Shown here piece by piece: positions 52,336 to 64,000 of a DNA stretch of 64,000 nt. Source of the DNA: Paecilomyces variotii (lineage: Eukaryota); assembly GCA_004022145.1 (NCBI GenBank), contig RCNU01000001.1; one strand, 5' to 3'. The first letter of the stretch is position 1; the number at the start of each line of letters is the position of its first letter. The position numbers were made by a program, and so were the translations under genes. Below the pieces are notes generated by a model, which saw only the letters and a list, made by a program, of their open reading frames with translations, was not told the origin of the DNA and searched no databases.

Positions 52336-54475
52336 ATGGGCGAGAAGGCCGCAGAGGTCTCCCCCATGGAGCCATCTGTTACTCATGAGGAGTCTATTGC
52401 AACGCAGTCAAAATGGAAGCTAGCGCAATCTACCGATGGAGATACGGCCATGGCCTTATTCTCTGACCCGGAGGAGCTCCATGAGACCATTGATCCCGAG
52501 GAAGAGCGGAAATTGATCCGGAAGATTGATTTTATGATCCTCCCTTACTTGGCTGTTTGCTATGCGTTCTTCTATATTGACAAGGTAGGTGAACTGGATG
52601 TAGACTGATGTATGGTCTTCCAGATGCTAACAGGGAGTGGATAGACGACGCTCAGTTATGCTGCGATATTCGGTATCCGCGATGATCTCAAACTCCACGG
52701 TACCGAATATAGCTGGTTGAGTAGTATTTTCTATTTTGGGTTTTTAGCCTGGGCCTTTCCTACAAATTTCATGTTGCAGAGACTACCAATCGGTAAGAGT
52801 TTTAACGAAAAAAACTATGTGGATACGCTGACTCTGTGACAGGCAAATATCTGGGCGCGAATATCTTTATGTGGTAAGTGACTCGAGAGATCCGTGCACT
52901 TGGGTATCAATTTTGATGTCGTCTACAGGGGCGTCTTCCTTATGATTCAGGCTGCATGCCATAACTTTACGACCCTCGCCGTCCTTCGCGCTCTCGGAGG
53001 CGCTGCAGAAGCGTGCTCAGACCCTGCCTTCATGCTGATCACTAGTATGTGGTACACTCGAAAAGAACAGCCAGTCAGAATTGGTCTATGGTACACTGCA
53101 AACGGGTTTGGTATCGCCCTCGGAGGTCTGCTTGGCTACGGTATCGGTCATCTCAGAGGTGCACTTCCATCGTGGAAGTATGAGTTTCTTGTCATGTATG
53201 TGAAACAGATTCAGCTATCAAACGTCCCTTGTTCAGGATATGCTAACCTATTACCAAGTGGTGCTCTCTGCTCAGCATGGGGTATCGTCATGTTCATATT
53301 TCTTCCGGACTCGCCTGTCACCGCACCGCTTCTCAGCAAAAGACATCGCCGAATGGCCGTAGAGCGGCTGCGAGAGAATCAGACCGGTATCGAAAACAAA
53401 CATATCAAGCCTCACCAGATTAAAGAAGCATTCCTGGATTACAAGCTATATCTGTTCTTCATACTTGGCGTTGTGTGTAGGTTTATCAGTCAACAATCTT
53501 GGTGGACATGGACTAGAACATATTGGCTGATATTTGACAGGCAACATTCCCAACGGCGGTATATCGAACTTCGGTACCATCATTATTCAGGGATTTGGAT
53601 TCTCTACACTAGTTACGACTCTTATGCAGGTAATTTTCCCACCAGTTCTATATAATGTTGCCAACAGAGGCTTACCTGATCCAGGTCCCATACGGAGTCT
53701 TTATCGCGCTCTCTATCCTTTGCTGCGTCTACCTCAACAACCGTTTCGAGAACCGCCGCTGCCTCTTCATTCTTCTATTTCTTATGCCAAACATTGCCGG
53801 CGCGTTTGGGTTGCGCTTCGTTCCCCTGGATCAGAAAGTCGGCCGGTTGATCTGCTACTATCTCACCGGTCCCTATAATGCTGCGTTTGTATTGGTTCTC
53901 AGTATGCAGATTGCCAATACGGCTGGTAAGTAAATTCCGAGAAACTTTAGATGTAGGACAAGTACCTCTAACTATTCACCAGGCCACACCAAAAAAGTTG
54001 TGACGAATGCTGTGCTCTTCCTCGGCTACTGCACGGGTAATATCGCGGGACCATTCTTTTACAAGAGCGATCAAGCGTATGTGCACCCTCCTCGACTCCT
54101 ATGGAATCTACTTCTCTCTCGTTTATATGCTGACCGGCTCCTGAAGACCGACGTACAGCCTCGGTATCTGGTCCATGATCGTCTCTCACCTCATCGAAGT
54201 CGTTCTCATCATCACCCTGGGTTGTCTCCTGCGGTGGGAGAATAAGAAGCGCGACAGAATCCAATCGCAGATGGAAGGGGGTCTGGAGGGAAGAGACCTC
54301 GACGCAACGGCATTTTTGGATATGACTGATCGCGAAAACTTGAAGTATGTCTTATCTCATCTACTACTAGCAAATCCGATTTCGAACGAGCTTTCGCTCC
54401 TCTGGTGCCTAGTCTCATTCTTCGGTCTAATTACTAACTTCTATTCTTCACTCCAGTTTCCGGTACATTTACTAA
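52336..54475 (+). CDS. MFS transporter, Dal5/allantoate-permease (ACS) family, multi-exon
   Basis: LIRKIDFMILPYL..YIDK/TTLSYAAIFG, ITSMWYTRKEQPVRIG.WY, FLPDSPVTA, NTAGHTKK, FLDMTDREN..FRYIY*. Confidence 0.92.
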
Positions 54476-55778
54476 ATCCGACGACATATAAATGTTGTGT
54501 TTTCTCGCCAGTATCAGAGGATCGATGAGATACATACAATCAGAGCTGTATGGAAAAATTGAAATATACAAACTCCATATGATATAAGCTATAAGTTCCT
54601 TGGCTCTATACCATCCATGCAACTAAGAAATACATATCGTAGAGTCCTTCTACCTTAGGATCTGGAGTCAAACAACTAGTAACTACTTCTGCTAGATGGT
54701 CCAATTACTGCTCACTCTGCGACCCTTAGCGCACAACTTCTTGGCTGATATAACCATGCGGTATACAATCACATAATATATTATTACTCCCCGCATCGTA
54801 ATGCCACATACTTTCCCCGTCGCCACCCTCGTTCTCAAGCTTTTTAGGGCTCGTTTCGACAAGGAAGAATTGGGTTCAACAACAAGCTGCAACGAATACT
54901 CAGAAAAGAAAGACGGTGGATCGCTGGGATCGACTCGTCAGATATCCAATCCGAACTTGGTAGGGAACTTCTCTAAGTATGGCAGCATCATCCTTCATGG
55001 GACCATAGGAATAACTGCCTTTTCTCAGTACGTATCTTCGCCCCTCAGATGCACGAGATTTACCTTTCAACATGATTCGTCGTCAAACAAACGCCTGTTC
55101 TTTTTGACGGACGGCTAACGAGCCGAACCGAGCGTTCCCGAGATGATCGTCGTCAGCTACTTAGCCAGCCATCTTCTTCTCGACAGATCTCGGACCTATT
55201 AACTATCAGCTGCTAAACACTGGGTTATTATTCACCTAAACGGAACACCGATCTTTTTAGACCCTGTCTATCATTCTGGTGATATCAGAGATATGTGTGA
55301 CCGGTTTTTCTTGCCGTCATTATTGAGCTGAAGCTCCAGTCTGTTGCGGGTTATAGTATAGTTAGTGGAGCAATACTTACATCAGTGGCTGGCTGAACAT
55401 GAAAATTGGAATGGAATTATATAGCGATCAACTCTTATACTCTAGGTTGAAGCACAGCGTGACTACAAAATACCCGATATACAGAACTAACACGACATCT
55501 AACAAGGTACAACTGCTTCGTCGAGGTTGATCAAATGATTTTCGCTCTGACATCGCGTACATAGCGGAAGGTATAAATGGCAGTAAACGAATATCTTAGA
55601 ATGCTGTTACTGTATGAGTCTGTATTTTAGGTCTTTTAGGTTGATTGAAATATTATCAATGCCACGTATTCTGGCATAATCACAACAGAATACCTTTTCT
55701 TCACTGTTAGAAGATAATATGACCTTACTACGACCATCTATTTCTTGGTCATCGGCGCTTCGCCTGACTCAAACCAAC

Positions 55779-56612
55779 CTAGTAAAACACTGAAGAATAA
55801 ACCACCTGCATCATGAGAAATTCCACCGGATACTGGTCCAGTATATTAGGCACAAGTTCAAGCCAGTCTGGTTTAAATCTACAGGCGATTGTGGCGTTGC
55901 AGAAATCCCAGAACTCCGGATACCATCCAGCACTTTCCCAATCGAGTAGAGTGATTCTAAACTCTGGGGTTCCGTCTAGCCTTTCGACCATAATATTCTT
56001 CGGTTGAAGATCGCCATGGGTGAAAACAGTACGGTGGTTTTTCAAAGTCTCATTAACCATATTCCGCAATAATCGTATGTATGGGTCTGATTCTGTCTGA
56101 CGAAGTCTCTCAAGAATAGCCAGATTCATATCTCCCTGATTTGCGAAGGGGCCTGAAATTTTAGGTTGTAGACCTTCCGTCCAGAACACCCCATCAAGAT
56201 AAGGCTGGCGATTCAACATTCCCAAGTAATCTGGTGGAGGTATACTCCGTAGCTCCGTCATCGCGTCTTTAACCAAGTTGCTTATCGTAGCCTTTTCAAC
56301 CGGGCTAAGGGATGGCAATAACTCTTCTAGGGTATCGCCGGGGAGATATTCCATAATAATGTAAGTCTTGTTCGTGTTGGGTTCCTTGAAAGCTTCGAAG
56401 ACTTTCGGGACTGGAACCTTGCTGTTTGCCGCGAGGAACTTCACGTTTTCTGCCTCAATGAGGGATACGCCATAACCCATTTTCACTGCGAACTGCTCGT
56501 TTACCCGGACGACTTTGTCGGATGCGTCTGGCGCGCTTACGAATTCCGTCGCGGCCTCGATCTCAGCGACAGTCGGTAGGCGAATGGCGTTCGAGGCCAT
56601 TGGTTTTGACAT
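55779..56612 (-). CDS. APH/choline-kinase-like phosphotransferase (single exon)
   Basis: VPVPKVF..YIIMEYLPG, FTHGDLQPKNIM, LLDWESAGWYPEFWD. Confidence 0.88.
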   Translation of the reverse strand: MSKPMASNAIRLPTVAEIEAATEFVSAPDASDKVVRVNEQFAVKMGYGVSLIEAENVKFLAANSKVPVPKVFEAFKEPNTNKTYIIMEYLPGDTLEELLPSLSPVEKATISNLVKDAMTELRSIPPPDYLGMLNRQPYLDGVFWTEGLQPKISGPFANQGDMNLAILERLRQTESDPYIRLLRNMVNETLKNHRTVFTHGDLQPKNIMVERLDGTPEFRITLLDWESAGWYPEFWDFCNATIACRFKPDWLELVPNILDQYPVEFLMMQVVYSSVFY

Positions 56613-56855
56613 CTTATAGACAATGTTAAATTCTCGATATATCACTTGCAATATAGCACAGGAGCAGGCTGAAGTGGGTTGGATTTGAATTTGGATTCAA
56701 AGTGGGTGTTTGGTTGTTGGAGAGGCTTTTGTTGTGGTAGTGGTGGTGGTTGTTATTGTTATTGGTGGGGTGCCAGCACTAAGTTCATTACATAATCATT
56801 AATGTAGATCATGGCCCAGCGCCGTGAAAATCCGTTTATGCCTTGCACCAGAATT

Positions 56856-59800
56856 CTAGTTTGACGCCGCGTCCATACCGGAGGATGGCTCATCGAGAAG
56901 GAGCACAGCAGGGTTGCCTATGAGGGCAATACCCAGCGAGAGCTTGCGTTTATTTCCGCCAGAGAGCTTGGCTGCCATCCGATTACCGTATGGCGTCAAT
57001 CCCACGGCGAAAATAACTTCACGGACGTTGTGTTCCACATCAGGAACTCCACGGATGCGAGCATAAAATCGCAAATGCTCCAGAACAGTCATCTGGTCCA
57101 TTGCATCAAACTGCGGACACACGCCCAAATGGGAGCGTGCGGTTGCGCGGTGTCTCACCACGGACACATTTTCAACGAATATCTCGCCGTCGCTATTGGA
57201 CGGTTGCATATCACCACGGATCAGGCTGATGGTAGTTGTTTTACCTGCTCCATTCGGACCGAGAAGAGCGAATACTTCTCCCCTACGGACACTAAAAGTC
57301 ACGTCTTGGACTGCGATGGACTTTCCAAATGCTTTGGTCAGATGCAGCACACGTAGACCGTCATTGGCACTCGATACATGCATCAGTTCGTTCGAGATAT
57401 CGCCATCAATATGGTGTCTTTCTTCCACATCGTTATGCTTGCCCTTGTCCCTGAAACGAAAGAAAGTCGGGCCACTTTCCAGCCAAAGCAACAATCCGAA
57501 GAGGAAGAAAGTCTGAAGAATTAAGTAGAGGATAGGGCCACCGTAAAGGGTGATCTCTCCCGCATAAGGTGCGACCTGCCTATCTCGGCAAAGAATAGAG
57601 AAGATGTTCAATGAGACGAACATCGATCGGGCGAGACTGCCAACAGGCGTCACAATAGCAATTGTGAAATGCGCGATGTTGACATATGAATCGATCTTCG
57701 TCGTAGGCGCGTAAGTGAGCACCGAGAGATAGGCGATAAAGTAGATAAGAAACATTACACTATCGATGGTCAGTGGATATGCTGCTGGAGAAGAAGGCAT
57801 TTGGCTTACCACTGTCCGCCAGCGGCACAAGCAAAAGCGCCAAGCTGGGAACGCGAGAATAGGGAGACCACATAGGATATAAGAGTCGAACATAACCCAT
57901 AGAGAAAGAAAACCACAAATAGATAGCCAGCGTGGTACCACGCGTCAGAAGCCGCTCGAAATATAACTATCGCAAGCACGCTGGTGATTAAAACTAGACA
58001 GAAGTCGAAAGCAAGATATGCGAGCCACAAAGGCAGACTCCTAACGCCGTTGCTGTAGTGTAGCGCCCTAACGTTCCTTAATCGTTCAACGGTGGGATAG
58101 AGGGCAAATAGAGCAGGGTACACTGCCATTGCCAAGCCAAAGTATACAATAAGCTGGAGCGCCTTTCCAACGTCAGGCTGCCATGGGATGTCGAAGTATT
58201 GGAATTGACTACCAATTGAGATGTTTGTGATAAAGTTATCCAGGGCGTTCAGTGCCACGGACGAAAGTGCAATACCACCATTTCCTTTCCAAACGAGTGT
58301 CGGAGGAGTAAGCGAATCACCTACGTAGAAGCCTCCAGGAGTCACATTTGCGATATGATTCTCAAGATAATTGTCGAAATCTTGAATGGTGCCAGTCACA
58401 TGCACATTGCGGGTTAGGATTGGGACTCCTCCTCCAGGGAGACTAGAAGATCCTGATAATGATCTGGCATATCCATTGAGCGCAGCAGGCGTGATCCGCT
58501 CCGGAGGTCCTGCGAGAAGTTCGAAGGTTTCCTGTGATGTCAAAGACTGAGGATCAGATGCGGTGTATGTGTCAGTACCCGAACATCCGGCCCTACTAAA
58601 GTCCTTCAGAAATAGCGTGACAAGTCCAGCTGCAATAACAGGAATGAGAAAGGCGACAGCATAAGGCAAATAATTGCGACGGAGGATGGTCGCTCGCTTC
58701 AGGAACAGTACCCAAGCTTGCCGGAACATCCCAATGCGTTCGCCAGTCAGTAGCTTAAGCTTGGCATCAGCAGACTTCTCCAATTCAGGGTTATCCTGCT
58801 TTGGCTGTTCATCAAGAGTTTCTTCAACATCAGATGCCGGATGACGAACATCAAGTTCCTCTGCGACTTTGAGGAATACATCCTCAATTGTAGGGCCGCT
58901 CACGCGGTACTCCGTAATGCCCTCTTGCTCCAACATTGCCACAAACTGAGAAGCACGCAAAGAATCATGCACTGTAAATACTGTCTCATCAAATTTGACT
59001 TCTTTCGAAGTGCCCTCTAGCTGCAGAAGAGACGTCTTTCCAGAGCCTGGGACGTTATAAACATGAATCCGGTATCCTGAGCCTAGTGTATGTTTCAGCT
59101 CGACGCTTGAACCCTGCGCTTTGAGAACTCCTTTGGAAAGAATAGCAATATGGTCCGCAAGGAGTTCTGCTTCATCAAGGAAATGGGTCGTCAAGAGAAT
59201 GGTCCTCGTCCCCCTTTCAGCCAAGAGGATATCCCAGATCTTTCGTCGAGAGATTGGATCCAAGCCAGAAGAGACTTCGTCGACGCAGCAGATAGATGAG
59301 CCTCCCGTGAACATTACTGCTAGTTGCAACTTTCTCTTTTGACCACCAGAGAGTGTTTTGGAACGGACATCTGCTTTCCTGCCAAGGTCACAAGCTTCGA
59401 TGAGATGTAACAACTGAGTGTTTCCGTCTACACGATCGGTGCCCTTCAAGCGGTTGAATATCCAAACGTGTTCTTTCACAGTGAGGTTATCCCAAAGCAC
59501 ATTCTTCTGCGGGCAAAGTCCAAACCCTCCCGTATTGTTATCGTAATTGAGATCGATCTGGCCGGATGATATCTTGGTAAGACCAGATATAGCATCTAGA
59601 GTCGTAGACTTTCCAGATCCGTTAGCGCCTAAAAGGACCATTATTTGTCCTTTGACAACGTCGAGGCTCAAATTGTCGACCGCTAAGACAGTCTGCCGGC
59701 GACTTGCCAGTCTAGAAGCAATATTTCTGGAGAACCAGTTCGGTCTATAGAATTTGGTGAAGCTGTCAATCCTGAGTGCGCTCGATCCACCCAAGCTCTT

Positions 59801-61227
59801 GACATTCCGGTTATTCGAAGTAACCCCGTACAATGCACGTTCGACGAGCGCTGCGCATATAGGGTAGACGATAATTTGAACAATAAGCAACACCCACAAG
59901 ACAATGGCAGGGACTGTCCACGGGTTGTCTGGGGCCGCTTTAACCAGATTAGTTGGTAGGTTTTGCTTTTCCCAGCGCGCCATGAAGATGGAACACAGAA
60001 CATAATTCATGGGTGGAAAGAGCAGGCTCAGAATGACAACAGCCGCATTTCCTGCGATATTAGCCTTTTGGGCTATTACTCCCAGAAGCAAGCATGCAAC
60101 GACTGCAGATATGCCACTAAGTTGAGCTTTCCTAAAGAAAGCCGCCCCAAAAAGACAAAATGATGACAGCGCTAAACCGGTAAGGATATGGAGGCCAATG
60201 GTAATGCCAGCTGAGGTCTTCATATAGACACCCAATTTCAGGATTAGGCCAGTTATGATCCACGCTGGACCATAGATAATATCAAGAGCAAGATGCGCTG
60301 CTGTGAACCGAGCAGCTTGTGATTCCCAAGCGGATTGATTCGGCATCATGGTGTCGATTAAAGCAGTCATACCTAGCTCACGCTCGGAAGCCACTAATCC
60401 TGTAAGCTGATAGGTAACCCCTACGATACCGACGAAAATAGCAACAGCCAATATGTCGATTATAGAGCCCATGTACCGCTCGCGGATCTGGTCTTGTCGT
60501 TGCGTTTTCGTTAGAGACGTGTAGGGATACTCTAGGACCTGAGCAGCCAGTCAGCAACCACGGTAGTCTAAACACGAAGAGAGTCAAACCTGAGTTGGAA
60601 GCGCAGATTGGTCAATCGTCGTGTTGACAGAGGCGATCGCCCTGTCGATGGAGTACTGAAACGGGAGAACATAGATCTCTTCATCGTTGGCACTCGCATC
60701 GACATTGATACGCTGTCCCAGTGCACCATCCGCCCGGACAGAGTAATTCCATATCCCCTGAGGACCCTCCTGTGGGGATGAATAAAAGACCGCAGCAGCG
60801 ATACATGTCGAGACCCCACGAAGACTGCTACGACAGACATCGCGCAGTTCGCTTTCTGCCGTCAAGATCTCAACGTTTGCTGTGGCTCTAGCAGGCTCAG
60901 CCACCTCTATGATCACCCGTTCGATATCTCCGCCCACAAAGCCATTGTTGACAAAGACAAGCTTATCCCTTCCGCCGCCGACAGAACCCAAGGCATCTGC
61001 CAAGGATCGGATCGGGGTTGGATGACCGATTCCATAGACGGATGGTTCGACAAACAAATTACGTGCATATGATCTGATCTCAGTGTCAGTCGCAGCACGA
61101 ATACCGCAGGGGCTACTTAATGGCGGAGGGGGTCAGCAGACATGAAAATAATAAATTCGACCGGTAGGACAAACGCTCGCAGCAGAGTCGTACACCAGGG
61201 ACGGACCAGCGTGATGAGGAGGTTCTT
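56856..61227 (-). pseudogene. ABCA-subfamily full-size ABC transporter, truncated at both ends
   Basis: NBD1 GANGSGKS/LSGGQ/DEVSSG/TTH. NBD2 GPNGAGKT/LSGGN/LLLDEPSSGMDAAS followed by an immediate stop with no H-loop. The 5'-most exon begins at KNLLITLVRPW with no in-frame ATG, at the repeat junction. Confidence 0.8.
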
Positions 61228-64000
61228 CGGTGGGTTGGTCGCGAGGTCGCGAGGCGGCGTCTCGCGAGGTGGCGAGGTTTTTGTTACCAGTAGATTACTA
61301 GTAAATTACTATTTTATATTAAAATTATATTAATATATATTAATAGGGAATAAAATCTAAAATTTTTAAATCTGGTGGGGTAGTAAGTATAGGTAAATCT
61401 TATCTTACAGGGCGGTAAGATTGTAATTGCTATATTTTATACTAGATATTATTAAATTTACTAATAGAATTAAAACAATTTAGTTATAAATTATAATTAT
61501 ACTACTCTATAAGACTAAGTAAATAACTGTTAGATCTGTATTAAAATTAAGTAAATATAAGCTATTAGTACTACTAAATAAATCTCGATTTACTAATAAT
61601 ATTTAATATTTTTTAATAAATATTAAATAATAGATTATTAATATATATTAATATTTATTAATATATATTAGTAATTATTTAATATATTAGTATTTTACTA
61701 ATAATATTTAATTATATTAAGTTATAATTAATAATAATTTTAAGATTAAATATATTCTCTCTTTTTTTCTATATATATATATTATAAATATATAAAGTAT
61801 AATTATAATTTTAAATTTAAAAAAGAATAATATATTATAATTTATATTAATATAATTTAAACTTTAAATATTATAATATAAAATAATAAAATATAGTATT
61901 ACTAGTAAATATTAAAATAATTATAAATAAATATAAATTATATTAATAAAATTTAAATATATTAATATTTATTAAAATTATAAAAGAGTATATATTATTT
62001 AATTTATTTTATTTTATATTAATATAGTTTAAATTTTATTAATATTATTATAGTACTAGTATAGAGGATTATATAAGGAGTTATATAATCTTATAAAGAT
62101 ATCTTTAGCGCATAGCTTAATCTGAATTTAAGCTCTTTAAGCTATATTTTATTTACTAAGCCTACTTATAATAGCTTATTTTAGTCTAAATTAGCTAGAT
62201 AAAGATCTTATAGCTAGTTCTAGTATTAACTATCTTATTCTATTTATTCTAACTTACTTCTTAAGCCTATACCTTAATATTATATAGCTTTAATCTAGGA
62301 GTTAATACTATTAATAATATTTACCCTAATTCTCTTATTCTTGCTAATAACTCTAGAAGAATTTATTAAATATATTATTATTAGCTATAGGCTAAAATAA
62401 TATAATTATTATTACCTAATATATAAATATATTGCTAAGGCTAAGTTATTTATAAATAAGGCTAGTTAATATATTAAATAAATTAAGGTAAGATTTTAAA
62501 AACTTTAATAAAAGTTTATAGCTATTAAGGTGCAGGCTTAAGAAGTAAGTTAGAATAAATAGAATAAGGAAGTTAATACTAGGACTAGCTATAGAATCTT
62601 TATCTAGCTAATTTAAACTAGAATAAGCTATTATAAGCAGGCTTAATAAATAAGATATAGCTTAAAGAGCTTAAATTCAGATTAAGCTATATACTAAAGA
62701 TATCTTTATAAGGTTATATAATATTTTATATAAGTATTAGCTAATAGATTTTTATCTCCTATATTAGTATTATAATAATATTTCTCTTTTTAAAATTAAG
62801 CTTTATTAAGACTATTCTTTAGTTTTAGCTTATTTAAATAATAGTAATAGAAGTTAATAATAATTTTTTAAGTATATTATAGATAATATATAGGCTCTTT
62901 AATTAAATTATTATAACCTATTTATTTAATAGTATATTATAATTAAAGGCTTTTATATCTATAATATTCTTATTAAGAGTTTAAAATATCTTTAATAACT
63001 TATTTCTTAAGGCTATTAATTTTAATAGGCAATAATAAAGATTATCTTTATCTAGATATAAGATCTTTAGCAATAAGATAAAGCAGGCTAATATTAAATA
63101 TAAGATAAATATATATTAAGATAGGCAGGTTAAGCTAATAGATATATAGGCTAATAATTTTAATAATATAGAATAGGCTAAGATTCTTCTAATTAAATTT
63201 CTTCTAAAAGTGCTAAATATAGATATTTTAGGTATTTAATTAAATAAACTATCTTATATAATAGCAGCAGGCTAAGATTTAATAATAGTTAATCTATTCT
63301 TTATAATAGGTTTAGATAATATAGATCTAGATATAAATATAATTTATAATATTTTATATTTTTTTAATAAAAGCTTTAGTATTTTTAATAATAGGCTAGT
63401 TTATAAATTAAATAGGCTTAAATTTTATATATAGATAGAACCTATAATTAATAAAAAAGGGCAATATTTTAATAGTCTTAAAATAATAGGAGTTTAATAT
63501 AAACTTAGCTAAAGATAGCTAGTTAACTTAATTATTTTATAGATAGCTAATATAAGTATATAGATATTATTTTAAGATAGTATTTATTCTTTTAGTCTAA
63601 CTATTAATCTTAAGATAATAAGTAATAAATAGTAAGTTTATAATATCTAGATATTAAATTAAGTATTTCTAAAAAATAATAATAAACTAGGGGCCTTAGT
63701 TAAATATTATAATCTTTAATAGCTTATAAAGCTTCTATATATAATAGATATATAATTGCGCTACTCTTTTAATATTATAAATAGCTTAATAAAGAATAAA
63801 ATACCTTATCTTTATAAATTAATCTATAATAATTAATATAATATTATAATCTTAGTAAGATATAAGTTTAATAATAAAATCTATTAAGATATCTTATTAA
63901 AAGTATTTAGAGATAAAGAGCTAGTATAAAACTTCTTAATAGCCTTTATTTAAGGATATAATATAATAATAGATATAGTAATTCTAGGTCTAATAATCTA
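61228..64000. mobile_element. RIP-mutated repeat or transposon relic (left end; extends beyond the window); terminus possibly hAT-like
   Basis: Abrupt switch to extremely AT-rich DNA with abundant TpA and almost no CpA/TpG. GC-rich terminus CGGTGGGTTGGTC with four GCGAGG repeats. No ORF inside the AT-rich part. Confidence 0.8.
62081..62721. repeat. Inverted repeat, arms ~62081-62279 and ~62523-62721, ~243-bp spacer
   Basis: e.g. TTATAAAGATATCTTTAG..GCTTAATCTGAATTTAAGCTCTTTAAGCTATA versus TATAGCTTAAAGAGCTTAAATTCAGATTAAGC..CTAAAGATATCTTTATAA. Mismatches are almost all transitions. Confidence 0.9.

Noticed and set aside
54692..55118. Short ORFs downstream of the MFS gene
   Set aside because: Stops in the plausible frames and no recognisable family; at most a relic.
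56821..56860. Helitron 3' end (CTAG|T) at the ABC truncation
   Set aside because: No GC-rich subterminal hairpin ~10-12 nt upstream and no matching 5' end identified.
147..61333. Most short ORFs in the six-frame track
   Set aside because: They are antisense or alternate-frame shadows of the spliced genes listed, or random intergenic ORFs with non-ATG starts.

Overview
Intron-containing genomic DNA from a filamentous ascomycete. Gene content, splice signals and RIP suggest Eurotiales (Aspergillus/Paecilomyces/Talaromyces-like); the species cannot be fixed from the sequence. Bases 1-56.8 kb carry about 18 ordinary fungal genes: a Ksp1-like kinase, a Zn2Cys6 factor, vps18/pep3, a COG2907 flavoprotein, opi1, a CPD photolyase, DUF2406, a QDE-1-type RdRP, a Dip5-like permease, an ALKBH8-type dioxygenase, an SDR, an NmrA-like reductase, a Dal5-like MFS transporter, an APH-like kinase and a few hypothetical genes. 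Two diverged ~380-bp TA-flanked MITEs of one family are present; one sits in the photolyase promoter. From 56.9 kb there is an ABCA transporter reading frame that is internally intact but cut at both ends. Its 5' end abuts a GC-rich repeat terminus followed by at least 2.7 kb of heavily RIP-mutated AT-rich DNA containing a ~200-bp-arm inverted repeat. The most interesting observations are: (i) the doubly truncated ABC gene at the RIP boundary; (ii) the MITE displacing a CRE plus GATC-repeat (possible light-response) module from the photolyase; (iii) a GCN4/ATF4-like two-uORF leader with TGACTC sites on the Zn2Cys6 gene; (iv) a stand-alone ALKBH8-type Zn-site dioxygenase. I found no clearly new multi-gene system. 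All family assignments come from motif recognition, not database searches.
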